A program made the position numbers and the translations under genes. 64,000 nt of DNA from Octopus vulgaris (lineage: Eukaryota), in NCBI GenBank assembly GCA_951406725.2, contig OX597815.1:173972001-174036000 (forward strand), given 5' to 3'. Below the pieces are notes generated by a model, which was not told where the DNA came from, did no database searches, and was given only the letters and a program-made list of their open reading frames with translations. Position 1 is the first letter of the stretch. Each line of letters starts with the position of its first letter. This document shows, in pieces, positions 14,234 through 26,039 of this stretch.

Positions 14234-15816
14234 ATTAAAAATTAAAGGAATTATTGAATTATATATTAAATGTAAAGGAAGTTAGTGGATTATGGAATTA
14301 GATATAAGTTTGTAGATCAATGCTTGATATGTCTTTATTGAATTAAGGTATTTAACTCTCCTTCTTGATCAAAGCAGCATGATTAATTGGCAAATTCGTC
14401 TTTAAATATGTCATATTGGAAAACTTGATATGTTTAGTAAAGCATTAAAATATAATTTGTTTAGTTTTTTAAGTTTACAGTTCACTTTTTTTCTTCAAAC
14501 TGTCTATCTTTGAAACTCTGCTACAATAGTATGAAAAATGTTTGTGTTTCAAGTATTATTAAGACTTGGTTTTGAAATTCATGTGTATATATATATATAT
14601 ATATATATTATTTTATTCGTTTATATGTTTCAGTCCAATGACTGTGGTCATGCTGGAGCACCCTTGATTTGAATAGATAGTAGATATAAATGCTACATGA
14701 TGCTATGTGAAATTACATTCTAATTGACTGATAGATTTTACATTTCATCTTTGAGTCTATTACTGTTGTAAGGCCTCAAACATCATGTTCCACCCATTGT
14801 CTGTGTCTAATTTTGAAATTATTTTGTATCCACAATCTTCCTGTGTTGCTTGTCTGTTGTTATTGAGAATTTGGTGTCACTCTTTGCTGTTTTCTTTTGC
14901 GATTTAGCAAAATATTTGTATAGTAAACTACCATGGAGTTACATTTTAAGCTATCCGTGAAACTGCTAGGAGTTTCATCAATATAACACACACACACAAA
15001 TACATATGTATTTCTATGTGTGTATACAAGTGTGTGATTGAATGTATTTAACCATTGATATTGAAAGTGTGTGTATATAGTTTTTGAAAAGAATAGAAAT
15101 TGCATAACAACTTGAAAGAAATGCATGTAGTAACAGAATTCATCTTATAGGTGAGAGAAATGATTATTCATGTATGATGATGATGTTGTTGATGATGATG
15201 ATGATGATGATGATGAAACAGTATTTGCATATAAGCAAGTAACATTTATACAAATATATCACATTACAATTCTATGAAAAATAACCAATGGTACAAACTT
15301 GAAAGCATGTCATTCATATAGAAAACTATCAAAGATAAAAGTTACCTAGTTATACTGGTTACATGTTATAACAGATCTATAAAATTATTGGAGAAATATA
15401 AAATGTTGCAAGCCTTACATATATGTCATTATAGTGGAAGGTGAGACTAAGGGTAATGGAACAAAAATTATTATGATCTGCAAAGAAGATTTTAGCCAGT
15501 CAATAAAATTGGTGGGGATAAAGTGTTGCAGTATAATATTCTCTGAGTTACTTGAAGCTGAAGCGCATTCAGATGCTGAAAATTAATACTTACATATATT
15601 ACAACAAGATATTGATATGTGCTTGAATGTGTGTATAGATTTGCATAATGATGATGATGTATGTTACAGAGAAAACTAGTATGTAGGAGGTGGATACTTT
15701 CTAGAAGTGTCTACAGAGTAAAAGATATATATATGACAGTTAAACAGTTTGTGTATATAAAAATTAAGCAGATTGCCCCTCTTATCACACCCTCTTTCTT
15801 ACTCCCTCTAGCTTCC

Positions 15817-15819
<3 letters not shown>

Positions 15820-15886
<67 letters not shown>

Positions 15887-16107
15887 AGTGTGTGTGTGTA
15901 TGATATATATATATATATAGGGGGAGGGTTCACGAAAAAAACAAAAGACGAAGACAGGTGGTGTATAAAACAAACAGATGTATTAGTATAATGCTCAGGA
16001 ATAGAAAAAGTCTTTTATGTTTCGAGCCTAAGGTCTTCTACAGAAAGGACACAGAAAAAAACAAGGAGAGAAAAAAATGTGTGCAGTGGCTACCGATCTA
16101 TCATGGC

Positions 16108-16187
<80 letters not shown>

Positions 16188-16330
16188 TGTATGTATGTAT
16201 GTATGTATGTATGTATGTATGTATGTATGCATGCATGCATGCATGTATGTTTGTATGTAAGTATGTATGTATATATGTATGCACGTGTGTATGTATGTAT
16301 GAATGTATATATCCTATCAATATATATATA
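15820..16330. repeat. (TG)n, (TA)n and (TATG)n microsatellites surrounding a short Penelope-type terminal fragment (15921-16110)
   Basis: Read directly; the internal fragment carries a minus-strand CTGTAGAA-GACC-TTAG-GCTC-GAAAC hammerhead-like relic. Confidence 0.8.
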
Positions 16331-16477
16331 TAATAAAAACTTACTTGGAGGATAAGAAACGAAGCGAGGTGCTCTGTCATATAATAACAATTTAACAAGT
16401 AAGACATATGCATACATACATACATATATGTACATACCTACATCTATATGTATATATACATGCATATATATATATAT

Positions 16478-16925
16478 GAGTACAGGACACCACAGATAAA
16501 CATAGAACACAACGAGAAATGAAAACATAAAAACAAACAAGGAAACGGACTTTTTTTAACAACAAAAAAACAGAGTACAAGACAAACAATACATGGAATA
16601 TTCCCCTTCATCAGCTGCCCCTGGTTCGACTCAATGCGTGTTTCGAAGGTAAGGACAGAACACGATCTGGCCGAAGCAGTCCTTCCTGCAAAATGAATTA
16701 AATAAAATTGTTTTGCAGAGGGGTAAAAAAAGAAAAAAAGTGACAAGAACAGGACGTAAAAGCAATACAAATAAAAATGCAGTACACATAAAGAATAAAA
16801 ACAGGACAAGGAAACCAACGTTGAGGGCTTTTTTAAGCCTAGACGGTGGAAAAATTCGTTGGAGCGCAATTCAGAAAATTGACTTGCTAGAGACAGAAGA
16901 AGTCGGTGTTGACTTGTTGAAATCA
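16478..16925 (-). mobile_element. Non-coding dispersed repeat (probable Penelope-like terminal repeat), homologous to 61460-61745 (+)
   Basis: Shared blocks GCCCTCA, GTCCT, CCCTCTGCAAA..AATTTTATT, GCAGGAA..ACTG, GAAA...CTGATGAAGGG and TTGTCTTGT in the same order. Confidence 0.6.
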
Positions 16926-17019
16926 TATATATGTGTGTGTGTGTGTTAGATAATAAATCGTATTGTATATACCCGGTAGCTTACTGGTAAATCATGTTCA
17001 CTTTCACACTGTTTGTTGT

Positions 17020-18255
17020 GCATTTGGTTAATGAGAGAGACAGAAGATGGAAGATACAAGCATTTTTATTAATCACTACAGTTGTTTCAACCCATTTAGC
17101 ATCAATCCTTCATGGGTGGGATACTTAATAACTGGTTTAGGTGCATTCATTGGTGTAGATGTGTCTCTTTGGTTGATAATTAGATATAACTTGTTAAAAT
17201 AACAACTGTTTCCCAAGGTATCTTCTCAGTTTGTGTAAAGAAAAGCAGCAAATTAAAGGATATAGCTTCATATATATGTAGAAGATCAATAATAAAAAAT
17301 AACAGATGCAAAAAAGAAATGAATAACAATACAACAAAAACAGTATTAAATATAACTAATTAAGGGATATGGGTGCATAAATGCTCTTGTGTAGGTTGTA
17401 TGGCACATGAACACTCGCTCATACAAGTATCCATGAAGATATAAGCATATGCACATGTGTGGTTAGGCACACATACGTTCACATAGTAAATTAAACAGCT
17501 ACTCGATGTTTATAAGAAAGGATAAGTTGGAGCTAAATTTAATTCATCCATACCTTAAGGTGAATTATGATTATTAACTAGGTTAACGGTTACTCAAATA
17601 CATTCCCACTGCACTGTCCAAAAGTGCATTTATTTGCATGTAAGCATCTTGAGAGTCTTTCAGAAATTTTATTAATGATCTTCTCAGTGGTCCACAGAAT
17701 AGACTGGGATTCCTCGGAGCAAAGTTGGCATCTCCTAGAAATGATATTATATGGTTTTGCATGCCTTACTATGGACCAAGTTATGTTATACTTAATTTTA
17801 TCTTCCTTAAGTTGCCACACAAAGTTGGCCAAAGATGTTGAATGTCTCTTGTTGATTTTCTTGAAGCGGTAACATGGTTGCAATAATGACTTTTGAATGA
17901 ATCAGCCCTTGCCCCAATGTGATCATACAGTCCTCCCCTTGTGTGCACAGTACATTCATATACAAGATTTGTTCTCATACAGAGGTTCATCAATGGACAT
18001 CTTGATTTTTCTCTGCATGACTTCATTTTTTGATGTTGTTACTGTGTTAGCTGTATCATTATTATTGCTACTATCAAAATGTAACCATATCGGGTGTTTT
18101 TCATTGCAGTTTACATCTCCTCTCTTAGTATTTTGATGTATATGTTTGCTACTTTTTCTATTTATTGAGCCGGAAGTAGTTTGCATATCTTAGTAGGTGG
18201 GTTACTGAACTGTTGTTTCATTTTACTATCTTCCATCTCTTTCATTAACCATATT
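17020..18255 (-). mobile_element. Penelope-like element relic (Naiad-type C-terminal GIY-YIG endonuclease plus 3' terminal region)
   Basis: ORFs 17781-18026 and 17590-17883 give SCR...CPL.NLC..TNLVYEC...IG...FK, STSLANFVWQLK, ITWSIV..AKPY, RRCQLCSEE and NKISE..SRC.HANK. A short inverted copy of the terminus links 17024-17055 and 18222-18252. Confidence 0.8.
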
Positions 18256-18328
18256 TACATATGTATGTTCATTTTCTTTCTTCTTTTAAATATATGTATG
18301 TATGTATGTGTATATATAAATATATATA

Positions 18329-19430
18329 CAGGGGTTGGGCAAAATAATGGAAACACCTAGCATCATAGCATCATACTTTTGAAATATCTATAAAACCATC
18401 TAAAGCTTGTTTATTTTTATGTTTTTTGATTTATTATTAGTGTTGCTTTATATGTTTTGCTAAAATTGCTGTTTCTTTTCAGATATCATCAGAAAAAGGT
18501 AATTAAGATCCATTAAAATGACAGATTTATCGGACTTTCAAAGAGGTCAAATTGTTGGTGCTTGAATGGCAGGCGCCAGTGTAATGAAAACAGCTGAAAT
18601 GCTTGGTGTATCATGAAGTACTGTCTCGAAAGTAATGGCAGCCTTTGAGAAAGAGGGGAAAAACCTCTTCGTAGAAACAAAAGTCTGGAAGAAAACCAAA
18701 TCTTTCAGATAGGGACCATGAATTTTTAGAAAGGATCACAAAAATACAGCTCCCAAAATTACTGCAGAGCTTAATGACCACCTCAAGAACCTAATTTCCA
18801 CAAAAACTGTTCACCAGGAGCTGCACAAAACTGGATTTCACGGGAGGGCTGTAATCAGAAAACCACTACTTTCAAAAACAAACATTGCAAAGCATTTAGA
18901 GTGGAGTGGAAGCCTACAGAATTGGTTCCTAGAGCAGTGGAAGAATGTTATTTTCTCAGACAAATCATCCTTTACCTTTTTTCTGACCACCAGTTGAGTA
19001 TACATGTGGAGACAGCCAAAAGAAGCATTTGACCCAGACTACCTTCTTCTAACTGTTAAACATGGAGGAGGATCTGTGATGATCTCAGGGAGCTATATCT
19101 TGAAAATCAGCCAGCCCAATGGTTTCCCTTCATGGCAGAATTAAGAGTCAAGACTATTAAGCATTTTATCTCATCAAATTCATCTTATGGTTGTGGAACT
19201 GTTTCCAGATGGATACGCAACCTTTCAGGATGATGATGCACCAATTCACACAGCTAAAGCTGTTATTGAATGGCACAAGGAACATTCTAGTGAAGTTGAA
19301 CATCTTATCTGGCCACCACAATCTCCAGATCTCAATATTATTGAACATTTATGGTGCAATTTAGAAAAACAAGTAAAGACTCGATATCCTCCACCATCAT
19401 CACTACAAGAACTGGAAACTGTTTTCGAAC
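18329..19430 (+). mobile_element. Tc1-like DNA transposon, 3'-truncated, decayed transposase with D-36-E spacing
   Basis: TA-CAGGGGTTGGGCAAAATAATGGAAACACC left end. ATG 18518 gives MTDLSDFQRGQIVGA*MAGASV, then SGRKP, VIFSD, FQDDDAPIH and WPPQSPDLNIIEHLW, with stops and frameshifts. No right TIR found. Confidence 0.9.
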
Positions 19431-19785
19431 TTTGTATGAGTCAATACCTCTTTCATTCTATGTGAGCGTGCATGCTGGTGGCACATAAAAGAACCCACTA
19501 CACTCTCAGAGGGGTTGGCGTTAGGAAGGGCATCCAGCTGTAGAAACTTTGCCAGATCAGATTGAGCCTGGTGCAGCCTTCTGACTCACCAGAGTGCAGT
19601 GGATGTTTTTTACATGCCCAGTCAGGCAGCACTCGCACTGACCACTCTCAAATGGTGCTTTTTATGCCACTATATATGTATATACACACATACATATGCA
19701 TACATACATGTGTGCATGTGTATATAAGAATTTTTCTTTTCCACAATAATGGAAGTATAAAGGATAGTTAAAAATGTACATCAAG

Positions 19786-20596
19786 AAAATTTATTTACAA
19801 TTTCTTAACCAGTTTTGCAATTCTACTGATTTTCAAATGTAATGAAACAGGGTGAGCCTTGTGGCTAAACTGTATTCTAGATTTTCAATAGGTGTTTATT
19901 ATAGCTAATCTGTGTGATAATTTTTCATTTTTGACAGATGGTGCTATCATTTAAAGTAAGCTGACTGTCTTAGTTTCACTTGGTTGCATAAGCTAAGACA
20001 GCCAACATACTTTGACAGCTAACACTATCAATCAGATATGAAGAACTGTCACACAGATGATCTGTGATAAATACCCATTAAAAATTCAGAATACAATGTA
20101 GCCACTATTTATATTTTGGCAGTTCCACCCTATCATTCATACCCTCTTTTCTAAATAATGTTGGCCATATGACCCTTCTATAACAAGAGCCTGCTCTTAA
20201 TCTTTCTCTAATACTATAAACTCTCATTTCCTAACATGGAACCCCACCACCACCACCACCTCAAGATTTGTTGTCCTGTGAGCCGCAAAGCAACCTTACT
20301 AGTACTGGTGGTGTGAAAATAGAACACAGTATATGGTGATTGGCATAAGGAAGGCGATCCAGCCCTGGAACCCAAAGCAGACACTGGAGCATGAGGCAGT
20401 CCTTAGATCCATCAGATCCTGTCAGATCGTCCAACCCATATCAGCGTCAAACATGAATATTAAATGATGATGATGACGACGACGACGACGATGATGATGA
20501 TGATGATGATGATATAATCCCAGAAATCTCCATATTTCATTGCTTTTCAAAGACACTGGTATTGTAAAACTGGTTAAGTAATCGTCAATAAATTTT
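19786..20596. mobile_element. Foldback/palindromic MITE-like element interrupted in its right arm by a ~420-bp insertion
   Basis: Inner arms 19861-19977 and 19990-20105 (GTGGCTA..TGTATTCT / AGAATACA..TAGCCAC; CTGTCTTAG / CTAAGACAG). Outer arms 19786-19848 and 20536-20596 (CTTAACCAGTTTT / AAAACTGGTTAAG). Confidence 0.7.
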
Positions 20597-21570
20597 GTTA
20601 CAGTGCATTTTCATCTTTTCTTTTCTTTACACATACACACACACGTACACACACATGTACACACACACACACGTACACACACATACACATGCATACAGAC
20701 ATGCATGCATTCAAACACATATACACACACATGCATGCACGCACGAGCACGCACATACACACAAACGCATACACACACACACACACTTGCACACACATCA
20801 GATACATGACACCATCTTTGGACTTTGTTTTGAACAATTTTCTTCCTTGTTGATCACTTGACTCTTCTTCGCTTAGTTGTCACCATTCTTATGCATCACA
20901 TATCCATATGCAGTTTCCTTATGAGTCAATGCTTTAACATGCGTAAAAATCAGGACTTTTGTTGTTTTGAATAACTAGGGAATAACAGATATATGTAGGA
21001 ATATCACACCAATATACATTTGGTAGTATCATATAAAGTAAAAGAATGGAAGCCATACACACTCAAATACAGAACTTTATATATGAACATAATTACTTTT
21101 CCTTTTTTTCCTGTGCTATACTATAAATGGGATTGTGTAGCTGTAACATGATTGATTTTGTAGAAATAGACTTTTTATGTGTTTTAGTATAAAAACTTTC
21201 CTTTACTTCACCGAACATATATATAAAGACTAGTGACAGAAATCTATGCAGCTCACAAAAGCAAATATACTTGCATAAAAACATACATATAAAGATATCT
21301 TCAGCTACATAGATATTCGAATCCATAGACATACACATACTACAAACACATACATGCACAATTATCCACTCACATTCAAAGTGAGATCAAATCTCAGAAC
21401 ATTGCAACTCAAAGAAGAAACAACACATGATTGTGAGATGTGATAATTTGCTCTGCTGTAAATCTATCAGTCCAGTTTTCAGTATGTGAAGCATGTTAAA
21501 GTGATTATATTATACAGCACTATATCATATATATATACACACACCCATGTATATATATATATATATATAT

Positions 21571-21975
21571 ATCATCATCATCGTTTGACGTCTGTTTTCC
21601 GTGCTAGCACGGGTTGGACGGTTCGACCGGGGTCTGGGAAGCCAGGAGGCTGCACCAGGCTCCAGTCTGATCTGGCAGTGTTTCTACAGCTGGATGCCCT
21701 TCCTAATGCCAACCACTCCGTGAGTGTAGTGGGTGCTTTTTACGCACCACCGGCACAGATGCCAGGGGAGGCTGGCAGCAGCCATGATCGGTTGGTGCTG
21801 TTTCCATTCCACAGGCACAGAAGCCAGTCAAGGCAGCGCTGGCATCAGCCACGTTCAGATGGTGCTTTTTACATGTCACTGGCACAGGTATCACAACTAC
21901 AATTTCCATTTGATATTTATTTTGATGTTGATGTACTTGACTCAATAGGTCTCCTCAAGCACAGCAGGTCACCCT
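21571..21975 (-). mobile_element. Family B element (RTE-LINE 3'UTR-derived), young CpG-rich copy with (ATG)n tail
   Basis: CATCATCATCGTTT.ACGTC.GTTTTCC.TGCTAGCA.GGGTTGGACGG...GGATGCCCTTCCTAA.GCCAACCACTCC; the same tail is contiguous with RTE coding sequence at 39115-40240. Confidence 0.8.
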
Positions 21976-22283
21976 ACTATTCGATAATAACATTATATAT
22001 GTACACACATACACACATACACACACACACATGAATGTATCTATATATGTACTCAAGAAGGCATGTCCTCCACAGTAGAAATGTTAATGTCACTCCCCCT
22101 GATAAAAAAGATTGACCTGCAAAAGCTCTGTGTCAATGCCACATAAAAAGCACTCATGCTGGCACTACATAAAAACGCTTGTGCCAGTGCAACCTTAAAG
22201 CACCCAGTACACACAGTAAAGTGGTTGGCATCAGGAAGAGCATCCAACCATAGAAACCAAGCTAAATCAGACTAAATAAATTA

Positions 22284-22616
22284 TACTCTTTTACTCTTTT
22301 ACTTGTTTCAGTCATTTGACAGCGGCCATGCTGGAGCACCACCTTTAGTCGAGCCCAGGACTTATTCTTTGTAAGCCTAGTACTTATTCTATCATTCTCT
22401 TTTGCTGAACATCTAAGTTACGGGGACATAAACACACCAGCATCGGTTGTCAAGTGATACTGGGGGGGACAAACACAAATACACAAACACACACACATAC
22501 ATATATATATATACATATATACGATGGGCTTCTTTCAGTTTCTGTCTACCAAATCCACTCACAAGGCTTTGGTCGGCCTGAGGCTATAGTAGAAGACACT
22601 TGCCCAAGGTGCCACA
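22284..22616 (-). mobile_element. SINE family A (young, head truncated)
   Basis: (TACTCTTT)n tail, GGCCATGCTGGAGCACC and GGCTATAGTAGAAGACACTTGCCCAAGGTGCCAC. Confidence 0.85.
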
Positions 22617-22753
22617 CATGCACGTACACGTGCACACATACATTTATATATATATTGATAAAAATGATAAGACAACAAAAGAAAGAAAGAGACCTCGATA
22701 TTATGTAAATAGAGGAATTTATCTATAAATGTAATATGTGACAATTATTCAGC

Positions 22754-22828
22754 AGCCGTGATAAAACTGAAGAGATGGCGGTGTGGATTTCCACCTCGAC
22801 ATCCGAAACTCAGAGTTTTATCATGGCT
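22754..22828 (+). ncRNA. Type I hammerhead ribozyme-like motif inside an inverted repeat
   Basis: AGCCGTGATAAAA-CTGAAGA-GATG[hairpin GTGGA-TT-TCCAC]CATC-C-GAAA-CTC-A-GAG-T-T-TTATCATGGCT: both core boxes and all three stems are visible, cleavage triplet GUU, one extra C before GAAA. Confidence 0.55.
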
Positions 22829-22849
22829 ACCTAATAATTGTCACATATG

Positions 22850-23201
22850 TAAGGCATGGCATGTAAGAGAACCTTCCATTTCGCGACCGTTGCCAGCACC
22901 GCCCCGTTTCGTGTCCGTTGCCAGCCTTGCCTGGCCCTCGTGCCGGTGGCACATAAAAAGCACCATCCGTTCGTGGCCGTTTGCCAACTCTGTCTGACAC
23001 CTGTGTGGGTGGCACGCAAAAAGCACCCACTACATTCACGGAGTGGTTGGCGTTAGGAAGGGCATCCAGCCGTAGAAACACTGCCAGATTTGACTGGGCC
23101 TGATGAAGCCTTCTGGCTTCACAGACCCCAGTAGAACCGTCCAACCCATGCTAGCATGGAAAACGGACGCTAAACGATGATGATGATGATGATGATGATG
23201 A
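22850..23201 (+). mobile_element. Family B element (RTE 3'UTR-derived), young copy ending in (ATG)n
   Basis: Reverse complement of the 21571-21975 tail; CpGs retained. Confidence 0.8.
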
Positions 23202-23205
23202 TTAC

Positions 23206-23249
<44 letters not shown>

Positions 23250-23670
23250 GTAGCTTGATTCATCAGTTTGATGCTTCTGTATTTGTTCCTTTCCAAAGTA
23301 TGCCCTTTACTTTTGCAGTAGTTGAAATTATGCTGCTGTACTACTCATTGAGTATGAGACCTCCTTTGCTGATTCAGGAGGCACCCAATTTCTTTCTAGA
23401 ATCAAAAGCACAGAAGGGGTGGGTTTCCATTCTTATAATTTCTTCTCACAGCTTGGCTTGCTAATATTTAAATTAATTTCAGCCTTTTTGATTCACACCA
23501 TGTTGTACACAAATATATATATATATACATATACACACACACATAGAGAGAGAGAGAGAGAAAGAGAGAGGGAGATAGATAAATTGATAGAAACATGCAC
23601 ATGGAGCCTTTCACCCACCCATGAGCATTCTCTTTCTCTCTTCCTTCCCTTCTCTTTCAAGGTCCCTCTT

Positions 23671-23704
<34 letters not shown>

Positions 23705-25266
23705 TGCGCGCACAGACATAAGTAGATATAAATATACACAAGGAGAAAGAGATAAAGAACCTGAAGAACCCGAAGATTGCTGGGAAACACAAGACATGTT
23801 ACAAAAATCTGCCTAGCCATGTTTCAATGGCAAGAAACTGTTAATATCTCTCATTTAAATAGTGTGCATTAAATGATATTTATCTCTGACTTGGAGTACA
23901 TTTCTATCAATTCTATCTTAATGGAACTGTAAACAATGTGTGTGTGTGTGTACATGCATGTGTGTGTGTGTGAATATTGTACTTGTGTGATCTATGCACA
24001 AACAGATTAGACATTTTCAGGATTTGCACTTGCTTAAAATCATTCTTCAATTGAAGCATCTCTTATTAGGAAGCCATACAGGAGTGAAGAGCGTTTTTCA
24101 GTTATTATAAACTAGACTGTCACCAGAACTAAAATGTCCTTCTTTTTATGAAGACTTTCCAACAGTACATATTTATTTATATATTTTTTCTTTTATCTCA
24201 TCTATTCATTATTCATGCTTTCTTCTTGTTGCTCATGTAAGGTTTATTCACAGATATTCTCTTTTTTCATTTTTTTTTACCTCCTTTTCTTAATTTCACA
24301 TTAGGTCAGGTACTCTTGAAATTTGCAATGAGAGCAATGAATTTTGTACTCATTCCCTGAAGATATTACTATCAACTACTGCCAAAACCATTATTACTGC
24401 ACTTAGTACCACCATAAATGCATAACTAAGGTTAATGTGTTAAGTGGCTTGGAAGGCACACACTCATACCAATCAGTGAATTGCATGATTTGCTTCAGAC
24501 AGTTATCTTCTTTTGCAACCTTCTTAAAAATATTCACATATTCTCATGAAATTCCCTTCTGCTCTGTCACTCCAAGGGAGAAATTTTTTCCCTTCATTCT
24601 GTAGTATTTATAAAGATATTTTAATTGAAAATGAAAATGTAACGTGAAAATACTACTTCAAACATGCTTCTATGGCAACGATAGTGATATTGGTGGTGGT
24701 GGGTAATTAGTAGCAGGTAGAGTGAAGGCAGGAATAACAATATTAACAATGATAGTAATGATAAAGATAAAGAAATATTTCATTCCCTTTTGAAGAGTAG
24801 AATTCTTTAAAAAAATTTTTTTTTGTATTTCTTAAATTTAAAATATATCTATTAGTAAATGCAATAATATTTATCAGATATTTTCTTTACATAAATTATA
24901 TTTTAGTTCTTGCAAAATATATGGTTTTATATATAATGAGTGTTTTTATATATAAGTATTTATTATTGAAAGCAGCAGTTTTCTCAGATATTAGAATTTA
25001 AACAGTTAATTAGAACTCAAGTGTTTGTTGTTTCTTGTCCATATTCCCAAACTAATAAAGACAGGATGTTTGTTTTGTTCTTTGCAAATTTGAACACCAC
25101 ATTTTCCAGCATAAAGGTTGAATTTTTCAGAACAAAATTTATAGCCCAAGAAGGTAGATTGATTTATATATAAGACAACTCCAGAGGACTAAAGATTTTA
25201 TGTAAAATGCAATAGGATTTGCAAAGAGAGTAATGATGCCTGAATGTTTATACTACGTGTTTACAG

Positions 25267-25457
25267 CAGTGGTATATGGTGGTTGTAGTATTGGGTATAC
25301 TGCTACACCCAATGCCACCAAATTTCAAGCAGGGATATAAAAGTTTTCCATTAAGATTTGTGATTAAATTAATGAGTAAGGTTAATATTTATAATGAATT
25401 TGCCATCTTTGATGGGTGTGAAGTGCACACCTAGCACATCTGGAATATATGCCCCTG
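25267..25457. mobile_element. hAT-type MITE (191 bp) with 8-bp TSD
   Basis: Termini CAGTGGTATAT / ATATGCCCCTG are flanked by the direct repeat GTTTACAG at 25259-25266 and 25458-25465. Confidence 0.8.
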
Positions 25458-26039
25458 GTTTACAGTACACACTACGTTGACTTGTAAGCTGAAAAGTATG
25501 GTATATGTAGGTTATTAATACACCAGAACAAATGTCTTAACAGTTAGATGTTCTCCATTCCACTTAAAATATTGGAACAAATGTTTTAACAGTCAGTTGC
25601 TCTCCATTTCACAGACAAATAAACTTATTTATATTTAAGATTTATCCAAATGTAGTTTAAAATAGCCAAATAGTATTTGGATATATTAGACCTATATATA
25701 TTAGACCTTAGATTTGTGCAATGGGGACAAATCTATAGATAAAACAAAGTGTGAACTTGCAGTTCTGGAGTCAATCATCCACTACTCAAGGAACCTATTA
25801 AATTAAGTCATTTCATGGTAATTTAAGAAAGTATGATTCAAAATGTAAAAAGTATACTTCATAGGATAAAAGATTATTAATAAACAAACTTAGAATACTT
25901 TGTTTTTGTATTTGGTTTGCAAGATTTTTAATGTGAATTTGTGTGTTAATAATGAAGATGATCTTCAGAAGGAGATAAGTCACCGAAAAGGTTGCAAATG
26001 ACAACAAAAGAACTCTGATGAGCAATAAGAAATATTTAA

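Noticed and set aside
24260-24400. Possible splice acceptor and host exon (pyrimidine tract plus AG; similar at ~4238 and ~8567)
   Set aside because: No convincing reading frame or donor follows; such tracts are common by chance in AT-rich DNA.
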